Shown one piece after another: positions 30,674 through 39,583 of a DNA stretch of 64,000 bases. The first letter of the stretch is position 1. Every line of letters starts with the position of its first letter. The position numbers and the translations under genes were made by a program. The stretch comes from an uncultured Methylomirabilota bacterium (GTDB taxonomy: Bacteria > Methylomirabilota > Methylomirabilia > Methylomirabilales > 2-02-FULL-66-22), in the NCBI GenBank assembly GCA_963845565.1, contig CAWJSJ010000002.1:2176001-2240000 (forward strand), written 5' to 3'. The notes beneath the pieces were generated by a model. That model saw only the letters and a program-made list of their open reading frames with translations, had not been told where the DNA came from and did no database searches.

Positions 30674-32239
30674 ATGGCTAAGCGACCGCTTGCGTGGACG
30701 GTACTGCCCCTGGTGATCCTCCTGCTCGGATCGGCTCCCACCTGGGCGGGTGAGACGCCCGTCCGCGGCGGCACACTGCGGTACGCCATGATCGACACCC
30801 CGCCCTCGCTCGACGCGCACATCCTGACCGCCACCCTGAGCACCACCGTGAGCCAGCACTTCCTCGAGACGCTGTTCACCTTCACCGAGAACTACGAGCC
30901 GGTCCCCTTCCTGGCCAAGGGCGCGGAGGTGCGCGACGGCGGCAAGCTCATCCTGATCCAGCTCCGCCAGGGGGTGCTGTTTCACAACGGCAAGGAGATG
31001 ACCTCCGACGACGTGGTGGCCTCGTTGAATCGCTGGGGCAAGTTCGGGGCGCGTGCGCCGGCGCTCTTCCAGCAGGTAGAGCGCGTCAGCGCGGACGGCA
31101 AGTACGGCGTCCGCATCCAGCTGAAGAATCCCTTCGCCCCCTGGGCCACACATGCTCGCCTATGCCAACGGCGGGCCGACGATCTTCCCCAAGGAGGTCA
31201 TGGAGAACGCCACCAAGGAGCCCATCGCTCCCAAGGACTACATCGGCACCGGGCCGTATCGGTTCGTCGAGTGGAAGGCCGGCCACGAGATCATCCTGGA
31301 GCGGTTCGACAAGTACGCGAAGCGCACCGAGAAGCCCGACGGCTACGCCGGCGAGCGCACGGCCTACTTCGACAAGATCATCTTCGTCCCGGTATCGGAC
31401 CCGGGGACCCGCGTGAACGGGACCAAGGCGGGGGAGTACGATTACGCCGAGAACATCCCGGGGGACCTCTTCGAGGGCCTCGACAAGGATTCGAGCGTCC
31501 GGACCATGATCCGGAAGGCGGCGGGCTTCGGCGAGCTCTTCTTCAACCAGAAGGAGGGCATGATGACCAATCCGAAGCTTCGCCAGGCCATGCTGGCCGC
31601 CACCAGCATGGAGCCGGTGCTGCAGGCGTCGTTCGGCCCGGAGAAGCTCTGGGCGGTCAACGGCGCCCTGATGTCCCCGGGCACCAAGTGGTACACGAAG
31701 GTCGGACTGGAGGGCTACAGCCAGAACAATCCAGACCAAGGCCAAGGCGCTGGCCAAGGAGGCGGGGTACAAGGGGGAACCCATCCGCTACATGGTCACC
31801 ACCTCCTACGCCGACCACTACACCGCCAGCGTCGTGCTGGCGAAGCAGCTCAAGGACGCGGGCTTCAACATCGACTTGCAGATCTACGACTGGGCCACCC
31901 TGGTCTCGCGGCGCGCGCAGCCCGGGCTCTGGGACGTGTACTTCACCACCCACGGGTTCGTGCCGGATCCGATCCTCTTCACCTTCATGAATCCGACCTA
32001 CCCCGGCTGGTGGGACACCAAGGCCAAGCAGCAGTACACGGCGGAGTTCACCGCCACAGACGGATTCGCCCAAGCGCATGGCGGCCCTGGAGAAGCTCCA
32101 GACCCTGTTCTACCAGGACGTCCCCCTGCTGCGCACGGGGGACAACTTCACCTACGACATCTACAGCCCGAAGCTCCAAGGGGTCGCGCCCACGACCCTC
32201 CTGAACTTCCCCTGCTTCTGGAACGTGTCGAAGAAGTAG
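30674..32239 (+). CDS. Peptide/nickel-type ABC substrate-binding protein (family 5); three +1 frameshifts near 31150, 31737 and 32057
   Basis: RGGTL, LRQGVLFHNGKEMTSDDVVASL, IGTGPYRF, KAKALAKEAGY, FWNV, distributed over successive frames. Confidence 0.85.
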
Positions 32240-32383
32240 GCCATCTACCCCCCGCCGGGGCCGGTGTACCCCGGGCTCGGCGGGGGAGCGGACTGCGGAT
32301 GCTGCCGTAGAGCGCCGGGCGACCTACTCCGCACTCCAGGGCGGAGAGGAACCGACGCGACTGAGCCTCGCAGGGATCTTCTC

Positions 32384-33331
32384 ATGCTCAATCACGTCGT
32401 GAAGAGCCTCCTCAGCACGATCCCCACGTTCCTGCTGGCGTCGGTGCTGGTCTTCTCCCTCATGCACCTGATGCCGGGCGACCCGGCCGGGGTCATGCTG
32501 GGCGACACCGCCACGCCGGAGCAGGTGCAGGCGCTGCGGAGCGCCATGGGTTTCGACAAGCCCATCTACGTGCAGTTCTACCGCTGGTTCGCGGGGATGC
32601 TGCAGGGAGACTTCGGCAACTCGATCTTCTTCCACAAGCCGGTCCTGCAGGTGATCTGGGATCGGGCCGAGGTCAGCCTGTTCATCGCCTTCCGGTCGAT
32701 GGCCCTGATCGTCGTCACCGGCATCCCCATCGGGGTGATCTCCGCCGTCTGGTACAACAGCCTCACCGACCAGACCTGCTCCGGGGCCTCCATGCTGGCC
32801 GCGTCGATGCCGACCTTCTGGCTGGGACTGAACCTCATGCTGATCTTCTCCGTCGTGCTGGGCTGGCTCCCCAGCTCGGGCTTCCCGTCCGTCTTCGAGA
32901 GCGGGAACCTCGGCAACCTGCGCTATCTCGTCCTCCCCTGCGTGACCCTGGCCGCGCCGAACTCCGCCCTGATCATTCGCCTGACCCGCGCCAGCATGCT
33001 GGACGTGCTCAAGGAGGGCTACGTGACGACGGCGCGGGCCAAGGGACTGTCCGAGGTGGTGGTGACGATGAAGCACGTCTTCCGCAACTCCCTGATCAGC
33101 GTCGTCTCCGTCGTCGGCTTCACCTTCGTCGGCTTGGCCTCCGGCACGGTGATCACGGAGACGGTCTTCTCCCTCCCGGGCATCGGCCGGCTGGTCGTCG
33201 AGTCCGTGCTGCGGCGGGATTATCCGGTGATCCAGGGAATCATCCTGCTCATCGCCGTCGCCTACATGCTGGTCAACCTGGCCATCGATTTCTGCTACAC
33301 GTTCCTGGACCCTCGGATCCGGATCAGCTGA
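32384..33331 (+). CDS. Peptide ABC permease (DppB-like)
   Basis: PGDPA, YVTTARAKGL, ETVFSLPGIG, RDYPVIQG, LDPRIR. Confidence 0.93.
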   Translation: MLNHVVKSLLSTIPTFLLASVLVFSLMHLMPGDPAGVMLGDTATPEQVQALRSAMGFDKPIYVQFYRWFAGMLQGDFGNSIFFHKPVLQVIWDRAEVSLFIAFRSMALIVVTGIPIGVISAVWYNSLTDQTCSGASMLAASMPTFWLGLNLMLIFSVVLGWLPSSGFPSVFESGNLGNLRYLVLPCVTLAAPNSALIIRLTRASMLDVLKEGYVTTARAKGLSEVVVTMKHVFRNSLISVVSVVGFTFVGLASGTVITETVFSLPGIGRLVVESVLRRDYPVIQGIILLIAVAYMLVNLAIDFCYTFLDPRIRIS

Positions 33332-33347
33332 GCGGGGACGCACGACG

Positions 33348-34197
33348 ATGCGGATCTTTCTGCTATCGCTGGTCAAGCGGAAGATCGCCCTGGCGGGGAC
33401 GATCATCCTCGCCGTCATCCTGGTGATGGCCCTCTTCTCGCCCCTGATCGCCACGCACGACCCCATGGGACTGAATCCCATCGAGCGACTGCAGGGCCCC
33501 AGCGCCACGCACTGGTTCGGGACGGACCACTTCGGCCGCGACATCTTCAGCCGCGTCGTCTACGGCGCGCGGCTGACCCTGGTCGGCGGGACGGGCGTCG
33601 TGCTCTACTCCATCCTCTTCGGCATCCTGATCGGCGTGCTGTCCGGGTACTACCGCCAATTCGGATTCGTGGCCATGCGGCTGGTGGACGTGGTCATGTC
33701 CTTTCCCGCCCTGCTGCTGGCCCTGGCCTTCATCGCCATTCTGGGCCCGGGCCTCCTCAACGTCATCATCGCCGTGGGTCTGAATTTCCTCACCCGCACG
33801 GCCCGCATCATCTTCGGCCTCACCCTGAAGCTCAAGGAGGAGGCCTTCGTCGAGGCCATCCGCTCCCTCGGGGCCAGCAACCTGCGCATCCTGGCGCGCC
33901 ACATCCTACCCAACCTGATGTCCCCCCTGATCGTGCAGGCCACCTTCACGTTCGCCTTCTCGCTGCTGCAGATGGCCTCGCTGGACTTTCTCGGGGTGGG
34001 CGTCCCTCCCCAGATCCCGAGCTGGGGGAACATGATCAGCGAGGGGCGCATCTACATCACCCGGGCGCCCGGCGTCCTGCTCGTTCCCGGGGATCTTCAT
34101 CGTCCTCACAGTTCTGGCCTTCAATCTGGTCGGGGACGTGCTGCGGGACAACCTGGACCCCCGGTTCCGCGATCAGTTCACCGGGGTAAGGCGGTAG
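33348..34197 (+). CDS. Peptide ABC permease (DppC-like); +1 frameshift near 34090
   Basis: [28 protein letters not shown]. The true end ([15 protein letters not shown]) lies in the next frame, so the 892-aa ORF is an artefactual fusion. Confidence 0.88.
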
Positions 34198-34280
34198 AGA
34201 TTGACCCCGACCCAAGGGAGCCGCTTCACCGCCAAGGCGCCACCGAACGACAGATCCGCCAGGGACGCCAGACAGCTTTG

Positions 34281-34384
34281 GCCACAAGATGCGCAAGAAG
34301 CACAAGTGTTCCCGACTCACGAACGCACACGGAATCGCGGACCTGGGTCCAGTTACCCCTTGTGCATTTTGTGCTTCTTGGGGC
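34281..34384. repeat. Inverted pair of 9-mer tandem repeats
   Basis: GCCACAAGATGCGCAAGAAGCACAAG … CTTGTGCATTTTGTGCTTCTTGGGGC. Confidence 0.7.
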
Positions 34385-34445
34385 TAGACCCGGCCCCCCG
34401 CTGCGCTGGTATTCCTACCGCGGCGGCGTCGAATGGAGGTGCGAG

Positions 34446-36026
34446 ATGGCTTGGGACGTTCTCGTGAAGAACGGCAAGGTCGTGGATGGGACCGGAAGCC
34501 CCTGGTTCCGGGCGGACGTGGCCATCGCGAATGGCCGGATCGCCGAGATCCGACCGCATCTCGCAGGAGACGCCCGCGACGTCCTGGAGGCCGACGGGCT
34601 TTTCGTCTGCCCCGGCTTCATCGACACGCACACCCACTCGGACTTCGTGTTCTTCGTCGACCCAACCGCACAGAGCAAGGTCAGGCAAGGGGTCACCACC
34701 GAGGTCATCGGGAATTGCGGGATGAGCGGGGCCCCCTGTCCTGCCGGCGCCACGCAACGGGTCCTGCCGTCGACGCACGGGTTCGTCCCCTTCTGGGAAT
34801 CGGTGCCCGAGTTTCTCGATGCCCTCTCGCGGCAGCCGAAGACCGTGCACCTCGCCCCGCTGGTCGGGCACGGAACCCTTCGCGCGGCTGTCGTCGGCTT
34901 AGAGGATCGGCCTCCAACCGCCGATGAGCTGGCCACCATGGAGGCATGGCTTGCGGACGCGCTCGCCGCAGGGGCCGTCGGGTTGTCCACGGGGCTGTAT
35001 TTCGCCCCGGGGGCTTTCGCTTCCCATGCGGAGCTGGTGGCGCTCGCGGCCGTCGCCGGCCGCTCCGGCGCCCTGCTGACCAGCCACATTCGCGACGAGG
35101 GGAGCCGGTCGATCGGGTTCCTCCCGGCCGTCAAAGAGATCATTCGAATCGGCCGGGACGCCCAGGCGCCCGTCCACATCTCGCACATCAAGTCGTTCGG
35201 GCCGGACACCTGGCACACCTCGGCCGAGGTGCTCGAGGTCATCGACACGGCTCGGCGCGCAGGTGTCGACGTCACCTGCGACCAGTATCCCTACGATACG
35301 ACGGGCGGCGGGCTTGCTGCGGATACCCTGCCCTATTCCTTCCAGAGCGGAAAGAGCCCCGGGCAAGTGTCGGAGGCGCTCCGGCAACCCGCCGCCCGGG
35401 CTGCCATACGCGATGCCGTCGCCGCCAACATCCAGAAGCGAGGGGGGCCGAGCGTCCTCACCATCGCCACCTATCCGGCCGCTCCGGAATTGGAGGGCCA
35501 CACCCTGCAGGAGATCTGCGACCGGCGGGGGCAGGAGCCGGCGGATGTCGTGATGGACATGCTCAACGCAAGCTACGAGGCCAAATGGAACTGCCGGTCG
35601 CTCTGCCAGGAGGACGTGGATCGGTTCATCCGCTACCCGGCAACAATGATCGGCAGCGACGGCTCGTCCCTCTCCACCGATGGCCCCCTGGCCAAAGGGA
35701 ACCCCCACCCGCGCAACTTCGGGGCCTTTCCGCGGGTGCTGAACGAGTACGTGCGCCAGCGCGGTGTCCTGCGCTTGGAGGAGGCGATCCGCAAGATGAC
35801 CTCCCTGGCGGCTCGGCGCTTCGGCTTGACTGATCGCGGCACGCTCGAGACGGGCAAGTGCGCGGATCTCGTCGTGCTCGATCCCGAGGCCGTCCGGGAC
35901 GCCACCTTTGCCCAGCCGAAGCAGTACCCGACCGGCATCCCCCACGTCATGGTCGGCGGCGCGTGGGTCATCAGAGACGGAACCTTCACCGGAATGCTGC
36001 CTGGCCTGCTCGCACGGAAACCCTAG
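34446..36026 (+). CDS. N-acyl-D-amino-acid deacylase (D-aminoacylase)
   Basis: PGFIDTHTHSD, QGVTTEVIGNCG, SHIRDE, HISHIK, GSDG, HPRNFGAFPR. Confidence 0.93.
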   Translation: MAWDVLVKNGKVVDGTGSPWFRADVAIANGRIAEIRPHLAGDARDVLEADGLFVCPGFIDTHTHSDFVFFVDPTAQSKVRQGVTTEVIGNCGMSGAPCPAGATQRVLPSTHGFVPFWESVPEFLDALSRQPKTVHLAPLVGHGTLRAAVVGLEDRPPTADELATMEAWLADALAAGAVGLSTGLYFAPGAFASHAELVALAAVAGRSGALLTSHIRDEGSRSIGFLPAVKEIIRIGRDAQAPVHISHIKSFGPDTWHTSAEVLEVIDTARRAGVDVTCDQYPYDTTGGGLAADTLPYSFQSGKSPGQVSEALRQPAARAAIRDAVAANIQKRGGPSVLTIATYPAAPELEGHTLQEICDRRGQEPADVVMDMLNASYEAKWNCRSLCQEDVDRFIRYPATMIGSDGSSLSTDGPLAKGNPHPRNFGAFPRVLNEYVRQRGVLRLEEAIRKMTSLAARRFGLTDRGTLETGKCADLVVLDPEAVRDATFAQPKQYPTGIPHVMVGGAWVIRDGTFTGMLPGLLARKP

Positions 36027-36273
36027 TCCGGGCGATTCACGAACAGGCCGTGAATCTTCCGGGCTTGGCCTTGAGCCGACCCACGGTGGCGAGTCGCAGG
36101 GGGTCGGCCCCTGCCGATGATTTCCGCTTGACGCCTCGGTCGAATTCGGGGTATCCACGACCCCGGCTCGACCGACATGGGGTGTTTCGGCCCGCCCGCC
36201 GGTCTCGTCTCGAGCGTCGGGAAGAGGCTCTCCGGTTCGGACGCGACGCGACCCATCTGCCTGGAGGCACGCC

Positions 36274-37742
36274 ATGCGAATCTTCTCCGCGACCATCGCC
36301 ACGGAAAGCAACACGTTCTCGCCCATGCCGACGAGCCTCGCCGGCTATCGGGAAAGCGTCTTCCTGCGCCCCGGCGAGCACCCGGACGACGCGCCGCGGA
36401 TGTGCACCGCGCCGCTCTGGGTGGCACGCCGGCGCGCCCGGACCGAGGGCTTCACGCTGATCGAGGGCAGCTGCTTCGCCGCCAGCCCGGCCGGCACGAC
36501 GGGCGCAAGGACTACGAGTTCATGCGCGACGAGATCCTGGCCCAGGTGCGGCAGGCCATGCCCCTGGACGGCGTGCTGCTCGGCCTGCACGGGGCGATGG
36601 TCGCCGACGGGTACGACGACGTCGAGGGCGACATCATCGAGCGGGTGCGCGCCATCGTCGGCCCCGTCTGCGTCATCGGCGTCGAGCTCGACCTGCACTG
36701 CCACCTCACGGTGAAGCGGGTGAGGCTCTCGGACATCATCGTCCTCTACAAGGAGTTCCCGCACACCGACGTGGTCGAGCGGGCCGAGGACCTGCTCGAC
36801 CTCGTGCTCCGGACCATCCGCGGCCAGGTCAAGCCGGTGATGTCGCTCTACGACTGCCGGCAGATCGGTAGCTACCCGACGACGCTGCCGCTGATGCGCG
36901 CCTTCGTCGACAAGCTGCAGGCGATGGAGGGCAAGGACGGCGTCCTCTCGATCTCCGTCGACCACTGCTTCCCCTACGCCGACGTGCCGGAGCTCGGCGG
37001 GCGCATCCTGGTCGTCATGGACCGGGACAAGGCCAGGGGGGACGCGCTGGCGACGGAGATCGGCGAGGAGTTCATGTCCATGCGCGGCAAGACCCTGCCC
37101 CGCTTCTACGACGTCGACGAGGGGATCCAGGCGGCGCTGGCCGCCGAGGGGATGCCGGTGGTCATGGCCGACCCGGCCGACAACGCCGGCGGCGGCGCGC
37201 CCTCCGACAACACGACCATCCTGCGCCGCCTGATCGAGCGGCAGGTGGATCACGCCGCCCTCGGCCCGATCTGGGACCCGATCGCGGTGCGGCTCTGCTT
37301 CGACGCCGGCGCGGGGGGCGAGTTTGCCCTGCGCTTCGGCGGCAAGATCGGCCCCACCTCCGGCCAGCCGGTCGACGCCCGCGTCACCGTGATCGGGCTT
37401 GCGCGGGACGGCTGGCAGAGCTTCGGACCGACCCAGGTGCCGCTGGGCGACTGCGCTGCCGTCCGCGTCGGCGGGGTCGAGGTCGTGCTGATCTCGAACC
37501 GCACGCAGGCGCTGGGCCTCGAGCTGTTCCGCAACGTCGGCATCGAGCCCCTCGCCAAGAAGCTGGTGGTCGTCAAGTCGACCAACCACTTCATGGCCAA
37601 CTTCGGGCCGATCGCCAAGCAGGTGATCTACGTCGAATCGGACGGGCCGCTGTGCCGCGACTACCGCAAGATCCCCTACACGCGGGTCCAGCGGCCGATC
37701 TGGCCGCTGGACCAGGAGACGACCCCCGGGCTCCTGCTCTGA
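36274..37742 (+). CDS. MlrC/M81 family metallopeptidase; frameshift near 36503
   Basis: ATESNTFSP, LGLHGAMV, ELDLHCH, YKEFPHTD, DPADNAGGG, VVKSTNHF. Confidence 0.88.
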
Positions 37743-37762
37743 GCCCGAAGAGAGGCGGTTCT

Positions 37763-37951
37763 ATGGAAGACGCGCTGAGATTCCCGACGGGCACGATCCC
37801 TCAGCGATCTCCAAAGGGAGTTCCATCCGACATCATCGAGGCGTGGCGAGCGGAGTGGCTGCTTGAATTGCAGCGCCAGGGCGTTCTGACGAGGACCCTC
37901 GACGACCCGAACCGGGTACCGCGAGAACCTAGATTTCGACTGCTCGACTAG
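37763..37951 (+). CDS. Possible small protein (62 aa)
   Basis: ATG after a purine-rich GAAGAGAGG; no motif recognised. Confidence 0.3.
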   Translation: MEDALRFPTGTIPQRSPKGVPSDIIEAWRAEWLLELQRQGVLTRTLDDPNRVPREPRFRLLD

Positions 37952-38173
37952 TCGCCCACCCTGACGCCTTTCTGGTCGCGTTCGACAAATGGGAAATGGT
38001 CCGGCATCTGGCGCCTCCGGTCCGCGTCGTCAGTCGCGCGCAGCGGAGCCCCCTTGCCTTGCCGCTTGTGTCTTTCGCGGACCTGCGTTAGTCTCCGGCT
38101 GCTCCGGACAAGGACCCAGCGCCTATGGTCCTGCTGCTCGCCGCGAGTTATCTTCCAACAAAGGGAGGATCCC

Positions 38174-38566
38174 ATGGCAAAGATCGAACCCTATTGCGCG
38201 AAGGACGTGTTCAATCCGCCGGCGTATTCCCAGGCCGTGAAGGTCACCGGAGCCCAGACGATCCTGTTTCTCTCGGGGCAGGTGGCCTACGACGACAAGG
38301 GCGGCCCGGCGTGCCGCGGAGATATCGTGGGCCAAGCCCGGGAGGTCTTCCGGGCGATCAAGGCACAGGTGGAGGCGGGCGGGGGAACGCTGGCGAACGT
38401 GGTGAAGCTGAATACCTACCTGACCGACATTCGGCATCGCGCCGAGATCGTTCCGGTCCGGGAGGAGTTCTTCGGCAAGAAGCTGCCGGCTTCGACGCTC
38501 GTCGGCGTGGCGGCGCTGGCGCACCCGGACTGGTTGATCGAGGTGGAAGCCATCGCGGTGCTGTAG
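38174..38566 (+). CDS. RidA/YjgF family protein
   Basis: YSQAV, LFLSGQV, PASTLVGVAALAHPDWLIEVEA. Confidence 0.93.
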   Translation: MAKIEPYCAKDVFNPPAYSQAVKVTGAQTILFLSGQVAYDDKGGPACRGDIVGQAREVFRAIKAQVEAGGGTLANVVKLNTYLTDIRHRAEIVPVREEFFGKKLPASTLVGVAALAHPDWLIEVEAIAVL

Positions 38567-38580
38567 CCCCGGGACCGGGC

Positions 38581-38710
38581 GGCAATTCGGCAGTTGGGCG
38601 ATTTGGCGACTGGGCCACTCGGTCATTGGGCAACCTGGCGATTTGGCAATGGGGCGCCGACTCTCGTTCTGCTTTTCCAGATTGCCTAATCGCCGAGTCG
38701 CCAAATTGCC
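38581..38710. repeat. Period-8 tandem repeat (about 9 x GGCRATTK) followed by about 4 inverted copies
   Basis: ggcaattc ggcagttg ggcgattt ggcgactg … ccagattg cctaatcg ccgagtcg ccaaattg. Confidence 0.8.
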
Positions 38711-38747
38711 CTTCTCGGCGACACCGCGGTTGAGGCGAGGGTGATTC

Positions 38748-39353
38748 GTGCCGACACTTCATCTGGGGTTCCTCGCCTCTCATGGTGGGAGCAACATGCA
38801 GGCGATCATCGACGCCTGTGCGGCGGGGCGACTGGATGCCGTGCCGTGCGTCGTGATCAGCAACAACTCGGAGGCCGGCGCGCTCGCTCGCGCTCGGAAG
38901 GCGGGCATTCCGCGCTACCACATCAGCGGCAAGACGCACCCGGGCGAGGCGGAGGACCAGGCGATCCTTCGAACGCTTCGCGCGCACGACGTGGATACGG
39001 TCATCCTGGCTGGGTACATGAAGCGGCTCGGCCCGCTGACGCTGCAGGCGTACCGGGGTCGGATCCTCAACATCCATCCCGCGCTGCTCCCAACGTTCGG
39101 CGGTCAGGGGATGTACGGGAAACGGGTGCACGAGGCGGTGCTTCGGGCGGGCGAGCCCGTCACCGGGGTCACCGTCCACGTGGTGGACGAGCTGTACGAT
39201 CACGGCCGCATCCTTGCGCAGTGCGAGGTGCCGGTGCTGGCGGGTGACACTGTTGAGTCCCTAGCCGAGCGGGTTCTGCGGAAGGAGCATCAACTGTACT
39301 CCGATACCCTGCGGCGGATTGCCGCGGGAGAGATCGAATTAGAAGGCTGCTGA
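38748..39353 (+). CDS. purN: Phosphoribosylglycinamide formyltransferase
   Basis: ASHGGSNMQAI, LAGYM, LNIHPALLP, GVTVHVVDELYDHG. Confidence 0.95.
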   Translation: MPTLHLGFLASHGGSNMQAIIDACAAGRLDAVPCVVISNNSEAGALARARKAGIPRYHISGKTHPGEAEDQAILRTLRAHDVDTVILAGYMKRLGPLTLQAYRGRILNIHPALLPTFGGQGMYGKRVHEAVLRAGEPVTGVTVHVVDELYDHGRILAQCEVPVLAGDTVESLAERVLRKEHQLYSDTLRRIAAGEIELEGC

Positions 39354-39506
39354 AAAAGGCCCATCTGCGGGGACCCATCCTTCGGACGGGTGCCCCTCCC
39401 GCTTGGGCGCTCGTTGCGGCGTACGGGAAGTACGCCTTGACCCACCTACGGTGGGTACCCCGCCCTTCGCGCGCCGCCTTGCATCTGGACCTTTTTGAGC
39501 AGCCTG
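39344..39506. mobile_element. MITE-like element family A, copy 3 (supplies the purN stop codon)
   Basis: AGGCTGCTGAAAAAGGCCCATCTGCGG … CCGCCTTGCATCTGGACCTTTTTGAGCAGCCTG. Confidence 0.78.
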
Positions 39507-39583
39507 GGGAAGAACGAGATAAACGAAACGGATATCATTCACTCTGATCCCGATGTCTATTGTCCCTACAGAGAGGAGCGACC

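Noticed and set aside
31140..32060. Programmed ribosomal frameshifting in the peptide SBP
   Set aside because: No slippery heptamers are present, and three successive shifts in one gene is implausible.
33348..36026. 892-aa permease-aminoacylase fusion
   Set aside because: A +1 frameshift near 34090 creates it. The permease ends at 34197 and the deacylase has its own RBS and ATG at 34446.
38581..38710. CRISPR array
   Set aside because: The units are 8 nt, contiguous, with no unique spacers, and there are no cas genes. No CRISPR-like array was seen anywhere in the window.
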